Notes: generated by a model from the letters alone, not told the origin. Counted from the first letter of the stretch, positions 22,946 to 33,691 are shown. The stretch is DNA of 64,000 bases from an uncultured bacterium (GCA_963695335.1 OY968764.1:1-64000); one strand, 5' to 3'. Program-made: numbers and translations.

Positions 22946-24706
22946 TTATTCACCATTATCAACCAGGAAGCCACCAATTTGTGCATCCCAAAGTTGTTTA
23001 TAAAGACCACCTTTGGCAAGTAGTTCTTCATGGGTTCCATCTTCTACAATACTTCCTTTATCAAAAACTAAAATGCGATCCATATACAACAATGTAGAAA
23101 GACGGTGTGCAATTACCAAGGTGGTTTTGTTTTGCATCAAATCCCATAAACTATCTTGAATTTCTGCTTCTGTCACTGAATCAAGCTGACTTGTTGCTTC
23201 ATCAAGAATTAAAATAGGAGCATTTTTTAATATAGCTCGCGCAATAGCAATACGTTGCCGCTGGCCACCAGAAAGACGTACACCTCGTTCACCCACTTGT
23301 GTATCATATCCTTGCGATAATGTTACAATAAATTCATGCGCATATGCACGCTTTGCTGCTTCAATTACCTCTTGTTGCGTTGCATCTCTGTGCCCATATA
23401 AAATATTTTCATAAATTGATCGGTGAAACAGTGATGGATCTTGCGGGATAATTGCAATTGCTTCATGAAGACTGTCTTGTGTTACGTCACAAATATCTTG
23501 TCCATCAATAAAAATATTCCCTTCAGTAACATCAAAAAGACGAAGAATTAAATTAATAAAAGTGGATTTACCACTTCCAGAATATCCAACAAGACCAACT
23601 TTTTGACCAGGTTTAATAACAACTGATTCATGTTCAAACAGTGATTCCGCATCATGATAATGAAACTCAACATTCTCAAATATGATTTCACCTCTGGTAA
23701 CAACAAGCTTTTTGGCATCCGGTTTATCTTGTATGTCAGTCGGTGTTTGAATAATCGCAAGACCTTGTACAATGTCTCCAAGTTTTTCCCAAAATTCACG
23801 CATATCTTTTGCAATATTCCAGATATTATCAACAATATGTAAATTCAACGTAAGAACTAATACAAAATCTCCTGAAGTCAATGTTGCATTCATCAAACCT
23901 TTATACAGCAACCAAAAACAGACCATCTGAAAAATCAAATACGATGTACCCTGCAATGCATGCAATTTAAAAAAGAACCAATCACGGGCCTGATCTTTTT
24001 CTACTGAATATTCAGCAACAGCTCTTAAACGTCTATTTTCAAACTTTTTCCCTGCAAATAACCGAACACTCATCATATTAGTCAAAACATCCACAATAGA
24101 TCCTGACCATACTGCACGCGCATCAGCAACATCATACGCCAAATACTGATTTCTAAACGCTAAAATAATTGATAGTGATAAAAACAGACACACCCATATG
24201 CCGAGCGCTATGGTAAATTTAATATCAACTCGAGATACATTATACAAGGCAAACAGCACCATTAATGAACACGCCAACAATCTATCAGTAACAATGCGCA
24301 AAATATCAGGAATGCCTTTTGATATATCAACAATACGCGTTGTTAAACTCCCTGCAAACTGATGCTGATAAAAGCTATGAGCATGATCCATCATGCAATC
24401 CATTAATACAAGAGATGTATGACGTTTTAATGGTGGACGCAATTTTAACGTAAGCCAATCGTATAAACGGAAAATAAAGATATAAATATATTCTGATGCA
24501 ATATATATAGCTAATAACATTCCTAAACTACTGCATACATCAGTTTCACATCCTTTTCCAACAGCATTTAAAATAAGTTTCATAAGATATGGCTGCACAT
24601 TAACCAATAATGCCCACATAAAAGAAACAAAAAGCATGCCTGCTATATACAATCTAAAAGGCCTTGTCACTAATTTTATAAATGCCCATGTGCCTTGATG
24701 CTGCAT
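22946..24706 (-). CDS. ABC exporter, fused permease and ATPase
   Basis: GYSGSGKST, LSGGQRQR, ILILDEATS, IAHRLST; N-terminal TM domain. Confidence 0.95.
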   Translation of the reverse strand: MQHQGTWAFIKLVTRPFRLYIAGMLFVSFMWALLVNVQPYLMKLILNAVGKGCETDVCSSLGMLLAIYIASEYIYIFIFRLYDWLTLKLRPPLKRHTSLVLMDCMMDHAHSFYQHQFAGSLTTRIVDISKGIPDILRIVTDRLLACSLMVLFALYNVSRVDIKFTIALGIWVCLFLSLSIILAFRNQYLAYDVADARAVWSGSIVDVLTNMMSVRLFAGKKFENRRLRAVAEYSVEKDQARDWFFFKLHALQGTSYLIFQMVCFWLLYKGLMNATLTSGDFVLVLTLNLHIVDNIWNIAKDMREFWEKLGDIVQGLAIIQTPTDIQDKPDAKKLVVTRGEIIFENVEFHYHDAESLFEHESVVIKPGQKVGLVGYSGSGKSTFINLILRLFDVTEGNIFIDGQDICDVTQDSLHEAIAIIPQDPSLFHRSIYENILYGHRDATQQEVIEAAKRAYAHEFIVTLSQGYDTQVGERGVRLSGGQRQRIAIARAILKNAPILILDEATSQLDSVTEAEIQDSLWDLMQNKTTLVIAHRLSTLLYMDRILVFDKGSIVEDGTHEELLAKGGLYKQLWDAQIGGFLVDNGE

Positions 24707-24717
24707 AATTTTTCCTA

Positions 24718-25818
24718 TTATTTTTGTGATGTAATTAACATTTCAAATTTTGGAGCTAATCCATAACTGCGGTTTTTATTGGCTGGATTAACAATAACCA
24801 AAAAACCTTCATCAACCCAGTCCTTACACAATTGCCCACTTGTTCGTGGTTTAAATCCAAAAAGTTGTCCAACTTGCGCGGCGGTCACTTCTGTAAATTG
24901 TTGAAACAGTTCCAAAGCTTTACGTTTTTTTGGATCAAGTGTACGTAATAGATTTTCATAGTCTTGATCACCGCGCATTGCTGACCGAGTCATGTGCTTA
25001 ATAACATTTTCGCATGATACCGCCATACCACCAATAAAATAATCAACCCATTGGGTAATATCTGATTCAGCTCTACCCTCATAATAATTATGTGAAGACC
25101 CAACACTGATCGCTTCATAATACGCGGACAGATTGCGCGCATAATATTCTTCTAATGAATACAAACCCTTAAGATCATATCCACCAAGATATAAAATAAG
25201 GGTTGTTAATAATCGTGCTGTTCTGCCATTGCCATCATAATAAGGATGAATTGTAGCAAATTGATAATGTGCAATTCCTGCAACAATAGGCCATGGTACA
25301 TCTTTGTTCTGATTGATCCATGCAACAAGTTCTTGCATAAGTGCTGATACATCTTGTGCTTCGGGCGGAAGATACACTATTGCTCCGGTGCGACCATCTC
25401 GGATAACATTTTGCCCATCTCGATACATACCCTGATCCACCTGCTTAGTTTGACCTTCCATGACAAATTCATGAAGTCTTTGAATAATTTTTTCAGTAAC
25501 AACGCTCCCTTTTGCTGCCAACTGCTCAACATATTCCAAAGCCATATAATAACCTTTTACTTCTTTTTCATCACGCTCACGACCAGGGAAATGGCCTTTG
25601 TGCTTAATAACAGCCTCAATCTGATCACTACTTAGACGGTTTCCCTCAATCATTGTGGAATAATGAGTGGAATACAGACGGGCTGATTCCCGAAGGGATA
25701 CCAATACGGTCGGATTAAATGGTACATGGGCAATATTCTCTTTTACTGCCTCAATACGCATCAAATTTTGGGCTATTAGGGGGGTAATAGTGTACTTTGG
25801 ATCAAATTTTATCTTCAT
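24718..25818 (-). CDS. Fic family protein
   Basis: HPYYDGNGRTAR catalytic motif; STMIEGN inhibitory-type motif; C-terminal HTH. Confidence 0.93.
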   Translation of the reverse strand: MKIKFDPKYTITPLIAQNLMRIEAVKENIAHVPFNPTVLVSLRESARLYSTHYSTMIEGNRLSSDQIEAVIKHKGHFPGRERDEKEVKGYYMALEYVEQLAAKGSVVTEKIIQRLHEFVMEGQTKQVDQGMYRDGQNVIRDGRTGAIVYLPPEAQDVSALMQELVAWINQNKDVPWPIVAGIAHYQFATIHPYYDGNGRTARLLTTLILYLGGYDLKGLYSLEEYYARNLSAYYEAISVGSSHNYYEGRAESDITQWVDYFIGGMAVSCENVIKHMTRSAMRGDQDYENLLRTLDPKKRKALELFQQFTEVTAAQVGQLFGFKPRTSGQLCKDWVDEGFLVIVNPANKNRSYGLAPKFEMLITSQK

Positions 25819-26034
25819 CTTGTCTACACCTCGTCTCAATTAGATTTAATTCCAGTATGCTGATAAATCGTAAATAAAACAATAGTTTTTATTATTTCTT
25901 ACCCCCTATTTCATAGGCTTAAAATATACATTTATACGTCCTGATCGGCATTTCGCCACCCCTTTTGAACTATTTCAGATAGTATTATATACTTATAGAG
26001 AAGTGAATATTTTTAACCAAAATCGGAGGATTTC

Positions 26035-26535
26035 ATGAAAAAACTATTATTATCAGCCTTATTACCATTATTCTTTGTAGGGCACACGGCAACATACGTA
26101 AAACCTACATATAATGACTGTGCTGCTCTTGGTTTGCTAACAATGATGTGTATGTGCAGGTTGTCAGACCAAAAATACGTAACAAATGAAACTTTTAATA
26201 AAATTTTTAATGACAGAAATTTTATTATTACAGCAACCGCATTGGGTATTTCAACGATCATAAATTTAAATATAAACGCATACAAACAATTTATTGCATA
26301 CAAAGAATCTATCAAAAATAAAGAAGCTGATATTAACACAACAGAAAAAGCCGAAGATGAGCAAAAACAGGTTGAACAGGAAGAAATCACTGTCGAGCCA
26401 AAAACTGTTCGATACTATTACGATAGATATGGAGAAATGATTGGTGAGGCTGCAATAGGTATAACATCATGGGTGGTTTCTGGTTATATTCTTGATAAAT
26501 ATATGGATATAAGTCTTCGAAAAATTTTCGCTTAA
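26035..26535 (+). CDS. Hypothetical exported/membrane protein
   Basis: GGAGG RBS, MKK signal peptide. Confidence 0.7.
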   Translation: MKKLLLSALLPLFFVGHTATYVKPTYNDCAALGLLTMMCMCRLSDQKYVTNETFNKIFNDRNFIITATALGISTIINLNINAYKQFIAYKESIKNKEADINTTEKAEDEQKQVEQEEITVEPKTVRYYYDRYGEMIGEAAIGITSWVVSGYILDKYMDISLRKIFA

Positions 26536-26552
26536 ATACAACTTATATAAAT

Positions 26553-26574
26553 GGGATGCTGTAACAGGCATCCC
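26553..26574. terminator. GGGATGC/GCATCCC hairpin
   Basis: gggatgctgtaacaggcatccc; related hairpins at 28441 and 29493. Confidence 0.55.
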
Positions 26575-26597
26575 TAAAAAAATAATTGGAAGATTTC

Positions 26598-26927
26598 ATG
26601 AAAAAATTAAGAAAATATGCAAATATGGCCTTTTTATTACTTTCCGTGGCTACAATAGTTCCTACATATGCCAACCTAGATGATGATTATCGTGAATTCA
26701 AAGCACAAATTATTCAGCAATCTACAAGACCTGAAATGGTTAAAAAGGCATTTAAAGCAGGGGAAATAATATATGAAGCAACTTCCACAACACTTATAAT
26801 GTACTGGATTGCTGGTGGTATATTGATGGTTATACATCCTGAAGCAATAAAAAAAAATAGTAGTTGGATTCCTATAATAAACTGCGAATATCTATACACG
26901 AAACTCACACAAATTAAAAAATCATAA
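26598..26927 (+). CDS. Hypothetical exported protein
   Basis: MKK signal peptide, one TM segment. Confidence 0.65.
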   Translation: MKKLRKYANMAFLLLSVATIVPTYANLDDDYREFKAQIIQQSTRPEMVKKAFKAGEIIYEATSTTLIMYWIAGGILMVIHPEAIKKNSSWIPIINCEYLYTKLTQIKKS

Positions 26928-26955
26928 ATTTTTATCTCAATAAATAAGGATCATT

Positions 26956-27513
26956 ATGACTATATTAAAAAGATTAAGCCTAACTACATTAAGTCTCTGT
27001 TTAAACATATCATGTATTATATCTGCATATGACAGTCAAAAGCTTCAAAAAGAAGTGCAATTGATTTCAAAATTTATAACCGATAAAGAATTATCAACCG
27101 GTCAATATAATCATAATATTGCAAACCTCAAACAACTTAATTCAGAATTATCACAATTAATACAAGATAAAGCCTTAGCTCATGAAAATATTGTAGGATT
27201 CAAAGAAACACAAGAAGTTTCAGAATTTCTAAAAAATAGAATCTCACTCATTGAACAAAATAATAAAGTCATAACTAAAAACGACAATCTTCGTTATTGG
27301 CTTACAAGCATCATTGAAAGCACATACATGACGAACAATGATGAAATTATTAAAATTGCAAACATAATAGAAACAAACAATCCTTCTATTGAAGAAGAAT
27401 TATATGCAATAAGAGATATAGTTGATAAAAGACATAATACAATTTCAGTTATTGCATCAATTTGTCTATTTGCAGTATATGCTAAACTAGTATTCAGTGC
27501 ATATGTAAGATAA
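26956..27513 (+). CDS. Hypothetical protein with signal peptide and C-terminal TM anchor
   Basis: AAGGA RBS; coiled-coil-like middle region. Confidence 0.7.
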   Translation: MTILKRLSLTTLSLCLNISCIISAYDSQKLQKEVQLISKFITDKELSTGQYNHNIANLKQLNSELSQLIQDKALAHENIVGFKETQEVSEFLKNRISLIEQNNKVITKNDNLRYWLTSIIESTYMTNNDEIIKIANIIETNNPSIEEELYAIRDIVDKRHNTISVIASICLFAVYAKLVFSAYVR

Positions 27514-27544
27514 AAATATAACATTTCATAAAAGGGAAAGATTC

Positions 27545-28411
27545 ATGAAAACATTACATAACCTACTTCTTATTACCAGCATCTTCATAGGCAGCACTGT
27601 CTTTACACCTGCCAAAGCCATAACCATTGGCACGTATAACGTGTTACATGGAGGAACGGCAGGATGGTTTGCAAAAGAAGGTAATTGGCCACGTCGTAAA
27701 CAAGGTGTATGTAATATCATTAAAAATAATATGAAAGCTGACGTTTATGGCTTTCAGGAGGTTGTTAATGATAATGGCCAATTTGATGATATAAAAAAAG
27801 CATTACCGGGCCATGGATATGTAGGAGAACCCCGCAGTGCTCATAATGAAAAATTATGGAGCTATGTTACCATGCTCGCTGCAACCGATGAACACAACCC
27901 TATCTTTTATAACAAAGAAAAAATAGATCTCATTGATAGCGGTACTTTTGGCATCAATGCTGATGCTTCAACACATTTAAAGTTATTGCCACGTATTTGC
28001 ACATGGGCCCATTTAAAAGAAAAAGCAACTGACAAAGATTTCTTTACCTATAATACCCATCTTGATAACGCAGATGAAAATAATCGTATCGCACAAATTA
28101 AAGTTGTTTTAAACGATATTAAACAACGCTGTGATCATAAACCAGTCATTTTAATGGGTGATTTAAACACAACATTTATGGGCGCTATGCAAGCAACTCT
28201 TTCAGAATCTGGTTTTACGCACGCACGAACAGTAGCAAAAGAAGCTGATCAACACATTACAACACATCTCAAAGGCAAACCCTTTGAAATTGATCATATT
28301 CTTATAAAACCTAAGAATGCATTCAACGTAGAAACCTATAAAGTATGTGGTGAGCGTAATGAAACTACCAGTGACCACAACCCTGTATGCATGGACTTTT
28401 CATTCAACTAA
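27545..28411 (+). CDS. Secreted endonuclease/exonuclease/phosphatase family protein
   Basis: TYNV, GFQEV, NTHLD, LMGDLN, IDHIL, SDHNPV. Confidence 0.92.
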   Translation: MKTLHNLLLITSIFIGSTVFTPAKAITIGTYNVLHGGTAGWFAKEGNWPRRKQGVCNIIKNNMKADVYGFQEVVNDNGQFDDIKKALPGHGYVGEPRSAHNEKLWSYVTMLAATDEHNPIFYNKEKIDLIDSGTFGINADASTHLKLLPRICTWAHLKEKATDKDFFTYNTHLDNADENNRIAQIKVVLNDIKQRCDHKPVILMGDLNTTFMGAMQATLSESGFTHARTVAKEADQHITTHLKGKPFEIDHILIKPKNAFNVETYKVCGERNETTSDHNPVCMDFSFN

Positions 28412-28438
28412 CAAATAAGTCATTCTTAAACAAAAACA

Positions 28439-28463
28439 ATGGGATGCTAAATAGGCATCCCAT
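28439..28463. terminator. GGGATGC/GCATCCC hairpin
   Basis: atgggatgctaaataggcatcccat. Confidence 0.55.
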
Positions 28464-28541
28464 ATCTATTATTATAATCTTCTTTTTTAAACACCATGTA
28501 AGTTAAACTTTAAAAAAAAATTCTAAAAGTCAGGAGTGTTA

Positions 28542-29477
28542 ATGAAAAAAGTATATAACTTACTTCTTGTCGCCAGCATTTTTTGCAACACAGCATTTGC
28601 AATAGAACCTACACAAAAACCTGTAATCGTCACCGATTTTGATGATGTATGGATAAAAAAATCATCGTTCCTTGGCGCACTTGCTTATTTAAAACCACTT
28701 GAAAATCTGTTCAAAAGTAAAAAAACTTCGGAAAAGGCTTCTGAGCCAGAAAAAAAGGTACGTAAATTAGGCAATCTTCCATTAAGACTCCTTGATTATG
28801 GCAGACGTTATCCAAGATTGTCATCATATATTCCAGGATTAATAGATTATATTGGCAAATCACGTTGTATTAATAGACCAGTTCATCATCTTTATAAACA
28901 TCTTAAAGAAGAAAATTATCATATCGTCATCGCAACTAATAAAGACCACTTGTTATATGATCTTTGCATAGAAACATTGGGTAATGAAATACCACGCATG
29001 GTTGACACAGTATTTGTAGCTGAACCGCAAAGCGATGCAAATGCAATTGCACAATTACAAGCTTTTGCAGATCAGCCAACAACGCCTGCAAACTATAAAA
29101 ATATGGCACACAAAGCTATCAACATCAAAGATACAAACAACATTGTGCATGTACCAAGCAAGAAACCAGACAGAGAATATTATGAATACGTTACGCAACG
29201 CATTGGCAATGACCGTGATATGATCTTTATTGATGATAACAAAGAAAATGTGGATGCATTTAATGCATTGCAAAAAGATAGTAAACATTTACGTCTTGGC
29301 ATCCAATATGATGAAAATAATTTGAATCAATTTGCTGAAGATCTTAAAAAAGCTGGGTTATTGTCAGAAACAAATAATCAAGATTTACTGAATGAAATCC
29401 GTTATCCAGGTACATGGGGAAAAATTAAATTATACGCGTATCAAACATTTGGACGTGCACAAGCTGTAACAAATTAA
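28542..29477 (+). CDS. Secreted HAD-superfamily hydrolase
   Basis: TDFDDV motif I, IATN motif II, KPDREYY, IFIDDNKENV. Confidence 0.85.
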   Translation: MKKVYNLLLVASIFCNTAFAIEPTQKPVIVTDFDDVWIKKSSFLGALAYLKPLENLFKSKKTSEKASEPEKKVRKLGNLPLRLLDYGRRYPRLSSYIPGLIDYIGKSRCINRPVHHLYKHLKEENYHIVIATNKDHLLYDLCIETLGNEIPRMVDTVFVAEPQSDANAIAQLQAFADQPTTPANYKNMAHKAINIKDTNNIVHVPSKKPDREYYEYVTQRIGNDRDMIFIDDNKENVDAFNALQKDSKHLRLGIQYDENNLNQFAEDLKKAGLLSETNNQDLLNEIRYPGTWGKIKLYAYQTFGRAQAVTN

Positions 29478-29492
29478 TTCAACACGAGTAAA

Positions 29493-29525
29493 TAAAAGAG
29501 GGATGCTCAACGCATCCCTCTTTTA
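29493..29525. terminator. Bidirectional intrinsic terminator
   Basis: taaaagagggatgc-tcaac-gcatccctctttta. Confidence 0.8.
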
Positions 29526-29533
29526 CTTTTCTT

Positions 29534-29665
29534 GCGCTCGTCCTGAGCCTGTTTAACCCCATCTTCAGTTCCTTCAGACGGGGACCCCGGTTTGGAGTGA
29601 AACGAAAACTGGGGAAAAAGGATATCTTCGAGCGCTTAATTCTTCAACAAGTTCAGAATGAGCGC
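29534..29665. repeat. REP-like pair carrying a nested double-hairpin insert
   Basis: gcgctcgtcctgagcctgt[insert 29553..~29614]aaggatatcttcgagcgct...cttcaacaagttcagaatgagcgc. Confidence 0.75.
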
Positions 29666-29681
29666 GATAGGATTCTTAGCT

Positions 29682-31433
29682 CTATTTATAAAAACCAGAA
29701 CCAACTACATATGTTTTGCCATTTTTTTCAACACGTTCAGCATAATCTACACGCATCTTTTTATTAAATTTATAAATATAATGATCTGGGCCTTGAGCAG
29801 ATCCATCAATGATGTTTTTCACGAATGGCTTACCTTCATCATCTTTCCAATCCATCATGTTTTGCCAAATCAGTTCATAATTATCACCTGCTGCGTAGCA
29901 ATATCCATCAAGATCTAAAACAAACACATACAGATCACCACGTACAAATTCACCATTACGCGCAATCAATTTTGCAAATACAACATCTTCTGGATGAGAT
30001 TGTAAATCGCCAAGTGCACTTTTAACAAGCAATGCCATTGTTTCTGGTTTATTAACTGGAAACATTCCACAACCTATGATATAGGATTCAACACCCATAT
30101 CAATCTTTTCTACATATATAGCTTCAAAAGAGTTTCTCTTTTTAAAATCAACCCAACCACCACCAGCTTTTGCCTGCTCAATCATTTCGCGAACAATGTA
30201 GCGACCATCTTGATCTTTGTCATCATACATATTATGGCCAACCAGCTGAGCATTGTTACCTTCTGCTATGCATACACCTTTCATATCGTACACAAATAAA
30301 GAAAGGTCACCCAAACGATACGTATTTTCTGTACCAGTAAACTCTTTTGCTGCAACAGAAACACCACTCGCTTTCATAAACTGATAGCCACGACGTACCA
30401 ATTCAACTGTTTTATCACGATTTACTTCTGGATAATAACCACATGCAATGAAATAATATTTGCCATCTCTATCTTTTACTTTTTCTGCATATGCGTATTT
30501 TAATGTATTTTTTGAATAGTATTCAACCCAAATACCTTCACCTTCATTCTTTGGTTTCAGTTTTTCAATGATCTCTTTATTAATCATTTTACCTTTAGCA
30601 TCTTTGCGCTCCAAAGCATTGGTGCCGATCAAACCAGGCTCTTCCCCTTGCGCACGAATCACACCGTCAAAATCAAGTGCATAAAGATAAAGATCACCAA
30701 ACACAAACCGTTCACTGCGCGTATATCCCATTGCACCAAACGTATCACCAACAGGATATCCAGATTTAACATCTTGATTAAATAAACCAACAGCACCTTT
30801 TACCAACCCCACAACAGCATATTTTTTAGAATGAGGATAAAAACCACAACCTATAATATATTCTTTTTCTTCGATCTGAATTTTCTTTACAAAAGAAACT
30901 TTAGCAGCACCTGCCCATTCATATGTTACCCATGCGCCTGAGCCTGTTGCCGCTTTTATCATTGATTGTATTGCAAGAGCGCCAAAGCTATCGCGATAAT
31001 CCCACATGTTTTTCCATACAAGATCTTCACGATCACCGTGAGCGTACACTATTCCTTTACTATCAAGTAAAAAAAGGTACAATTCGCCTTCTAAGAATGT
31101 TTTTGTATGCGTTAGTACATTACAAATTGCTGGCATAGAATTTTTGGCACAAAATTCAACACCACGTTCAACCAAGCGCTGAACATCTTTTTGTTTTTGT
31201 TGAACATCAAATTCATCTACCGCAATCTCCTGCGACTCTTCTTGATCTTCATCAACAGGTTGCACAACAATATTATTTTCTTCTATTTCTTCTTCTATTT
31301 TTGCTTTTGGCATACGCTTTGCATCTTGTTTTTGTGTTTTATCTGCAGCTGCAAATAACGTTCTATCAGTTACCAAAAACCCTGCCACCAAAAACAATAT
31401 AATGGAACATAATCCTATCGCACGCTTATTCAT
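29682..31433 (-). CDS. Extracytoplasmic protein with four tandem single-Cache-like domains
   Basis: Four repeats of F..G(D/E)LY.F..D..G...A.G....L...N..D.(K/R)D..G; N-terminal hydrophobic segment and acidic linker. Confidence 0.85.
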   Translation of the reverse strand: MNKRAIGLCSIILFLVAGFLVTDRTLFAAADKTQKQDAKRMPKAKIEEEIEENNIVVQPVDEDQEESQEIAVDEFDVQQKQKDVQRLVERGVEFCAKNSMPAICNVLTHTKTFLEGELYLFLLDSKGIVYAHGDREDLVWKNMWDYRDSFGALAIQSMIKAATGSGAWVTYEWAGAAKVSFVKKIQIEEKEYIIGCGFYPHSKKYAVVGLVKGAVGLFNQDVKSGYPVGDTFGAMGYTRSERFVFGDLYLYALDFDGVIRAQGEEPGLIGTNALERKDAKGKMINKEIIEKLKPKNEGEGIWVEYYSKNTLKYAYAEKVKDRDGKYYFIACGYYPEVNRDKTVELVRRGYQFMKASGVSVAAKEFTGTENTYRLGDLSLFVYDMKGVCIAEGNNAQLVGHNMYDDKDQDGRYIVREMIEQAKAGGGWVDFKKRNSFEAIYVEKIDMGVESYIIGCGMFPVNKPETMALLVKSALGDLQSHPEDVVFAKLIARNGEFVRGDLYVFVLDLDGYCYAAGDNYELIWQNMMDWKDDEGKPFVKNIIDGSAQGPDHYIYKFNKKMRVDYAERVEKNGKTYVVGSGFYK

Positions 31434-31473
31434 ACCATGCACTCCCTTACTACTCTTTTTATTTGTACTCTAT

Positions 31474-32166
31474 TTATTGATCGCGACGTTGACCCATAAA
31501 ACGCAAAAGAAACAGAAAAAGATTAACAAAATCAAGATACAACGTTAATGCACCTATTAATGTAATTTTTCCTGCAAGGTCATGATCTGCAAGCACAGGA
31601 CGGGCTATTTGCTTAATTTTTTGTGTATCATATGCGGTTAAAAGCGTAAACACAACAACACCGATACCTGATAAGACATAATCAAACTGTTCGCTTTGTA
31701 AAAACATATTCACGAACATACCTATCACTAAGCCAATCAGTACCATCATACTCATACTACCAACAGATGTTAGATCAGCTTTGGTCATATAACCATACAG
31801 CGACATTGCTCCAAACATAAGAGCTGTTGTTAAAAATGTGGAAAGAATAGAAGCTTGCGTATACACAAAAAAAATTGATGAAACTGTTACACCAAGTGAT
31901 GCAGCATACAACAAAAACATCCCCAAAGCTGTCACAAAGGAAATGCGATTAAGTAAGGTAGATATTGCTATAACAAGCCCTACTTGAAAAATCATTAATC
32001 CAATAATCACCGCTGAATGTGTGTAAATATACATAAAAATTGATGGTGTACTTGCAACGTAATATGCAGTTCCTGCTGTCAATGCAAGCGCACAACTCAT
32101 CCAACCATACACTCCCGCCATAAATGATGAAGCTCTTTGATCAAGTTCATAATTATTTGAAAACAT
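31474..32166 (-). CDS. Bax inhibitor-1/YccA family membrane protein
   Basis: FMAGVYGWM, TAYDTQKIK, GALTLYLDFVNLF. Confidence 0.93.
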   Translation of the reverse strand: MFSNNYELDQRASSFMAGVYGWMSCALALTAGTAYYVASTPSIFMYIYTHSAVIIGLMIFQVGLVIAISTLLNRISFVTALGMFLLYAASLGVTVSSIFFVYTQASILSTFLTTALMFGAMSLYGYMTKADLTSVGSMSMMVLIGLVIGMFVNMFLQSEQFDYVLSGIGVVVFTLLTAYDTQKIKQIARPVLADHDLAGKITLIGALTLYLDFVNLFLFLLRFMGQRRDQ

Positions 32167-32322
32167 AGTCATCCCTTTACATAGATACATAACAGATTTT
32201 CCTCATACTCTACGCGATATATAACTCAGTATACAAGGATTTCACAGAGACATACAATACGCTTGCCTTGCAAAAAGCAATTATGATAAAAATAAGCTAA
32301 ACACGTAAAAAAAGGAATAAAT

Positions 32323-32922
32323 ATGATATATCAATTACTTATCCTTATTGCACTCACCTGCAATAATATAGTGCAATGCACTTCGTTCGGATCAAGCACC
32401 AAAGATATCAAACAACCAGTCAATTTTTCAGGAAAAGTGACTACTCATCAAGGACAACAATATATCGTAGATAACATTTCTATCGATAACAAATATAAAG
32501 ATGTCATCATGTATGCAAAACCCACAGAACACGCGCAAGCTGTTCTGAATCAAGACAACCAGCACCTTGAAATAAAACTCAATGAAAACCCTGCCACTGA
32601 TTTTGCTAAAGATCCGTATAACCTTGATAAAATCAAAGAAATACAAGTTCCTTCTCCAAACACTATTTGGTATTACCAAAAAAAACCAAATCAACAAAAA
32701 ATGGAATATATAGAAGTTGTTGTTATCACAAAAAGCAATACCAAAAGTTATCATCTTTTGGAACACAGAGCTCAAATTTATTGCGATGAAGTTGATGCAG
32801 CTGGTTCCCAAGAAAAAATAATACCTTTGACAGCATTACAAACATTAAGCATTGAAGGTTTTACATACCGTGACACGAGCAAAACCACAAAAGAATGCCC
32901 TCCATGCTCAGCAAAAAAATAA
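32323..32922 (+). CDS. Hypothetical exported protein
   Basis: AAGGA RBS, signal-like N-terminus. Confidence 0.7.
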   Translation: MIYQLLILIALTCNNIVQCTSFGSSTKDIKQPVNFSGKVTTHQGQQYIVDNISIDNKYKDVIMYAKPTEHAQAVLNQDNQHLEIKLNENPATDFAKDPYNLDKIKEIQVPSPNTIWYYQKKPNQQKMEYIEVVVITKSNTKSYHLLEHRAQIYCDEVDAAGSQEKIIPLTALQTLSIEGFTYRDTSKTTKECPPCSAKK

Positions 32923-32929
32923 GCATTAA

Positions 32930-32958
32930 AAATCCCTCCACTCAAAATGGAGGGATTT
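32930..32958. terminator. Bidirectional terminator between convergent genes
   Basis: aaatccctcca-ctcaaaa-tggagggattt. Confidence 0.8.
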
Positions 32959-32971
32959 AATTTAAAAACAA

Positions 32972-33607
32972 TTATTTCTTCAAAGCATCAATCTTATCTT
33001 GAACTGCTTGCTTTGCTTCATTAAGTTTCGTCACGAGTTCTTTAATTGCTGGGTTATTTTCAGCCAATTTTTCTTTCTGTTCTCGAGTTAAAACTGTCTT
33101 GCCATTATACAACACAGATTCATACGCCATAGAATATCGCTGATCAATAAATCCCGCCTTAGATATTTCTTCCCATGCGGGAGCATCATAATTTTTTAAA
33201 CAAGGTGTATCTCTTCCACATCTATTCAATGCATCTAGATAGATACCCGTCATGACATATGCTCTATGTGTTAGCTCTTTATCAAAACCACAATTGTCTT
33301 TATACATGTCGCGCAATTCTATATTAATCTTAGTTTTATTTTTATATTCTTCTTCAATTTCTGCATGTGCACGACCAGCTACAGAATTTTCATCTGGCTG
33401 CGAGATATGTCTTCCATTGCATTGATGTGATCTTGAAGTTGCTCTTTCGTTATCATTTTTTGTTTGTTGAGTCGTATACACGCCATCGATAGATGAACCT
33501 GCATCAAGTGCTTTAATATATTCAGCTATGAGCTCTTCTGTATAATCCTCTGCATACATAGAAATCGAACAACTCATTATCATAAGTAACAATAACTTCT
33601 TTTGCAT
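32972..33607 (-). CDS. Hypothetical secreted protein
   Basis: Signal peptide MQKKLLLL...MYA; AAGGA RBS. Confidence 0.7.
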   Translation of the reverse strand: MQKKLLLLMIMSCSISMYAEDYTEELIAEYIKALDAGSSIDGVYTTQQTKNDNERATSRSHQCNGRHISQPDENSVAGRAHAEIEEEYKNKTKINIELRDMYKDNCGFDKELTHRAYVMTGIYLDALNRCGRDTPCLKNYDAPAWEEISKAGFIDQRYSMAYESVLYNGKTVLTREQKEKLAENNPAIKELVTKLNEAKQAVQDKIDALKK

Positions 33608-33691
33608 AGTATTCCTTCTCTTGTTATCACAATAATTACACGTTATTATATTTTTATAATAATACGTTTATCATACAGAAGGATCATAAAA

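Noticed and set aside
19616..29500. tRNA-anchored genomic island
   Set aside because: No integrase, and no duplicated tRNA 3' end (att site) noticed
26035..29525. Integron cassette array
   Set aside because: Hairpins are short terminator-like stems without recognisable attC R/L boxes; no integrase
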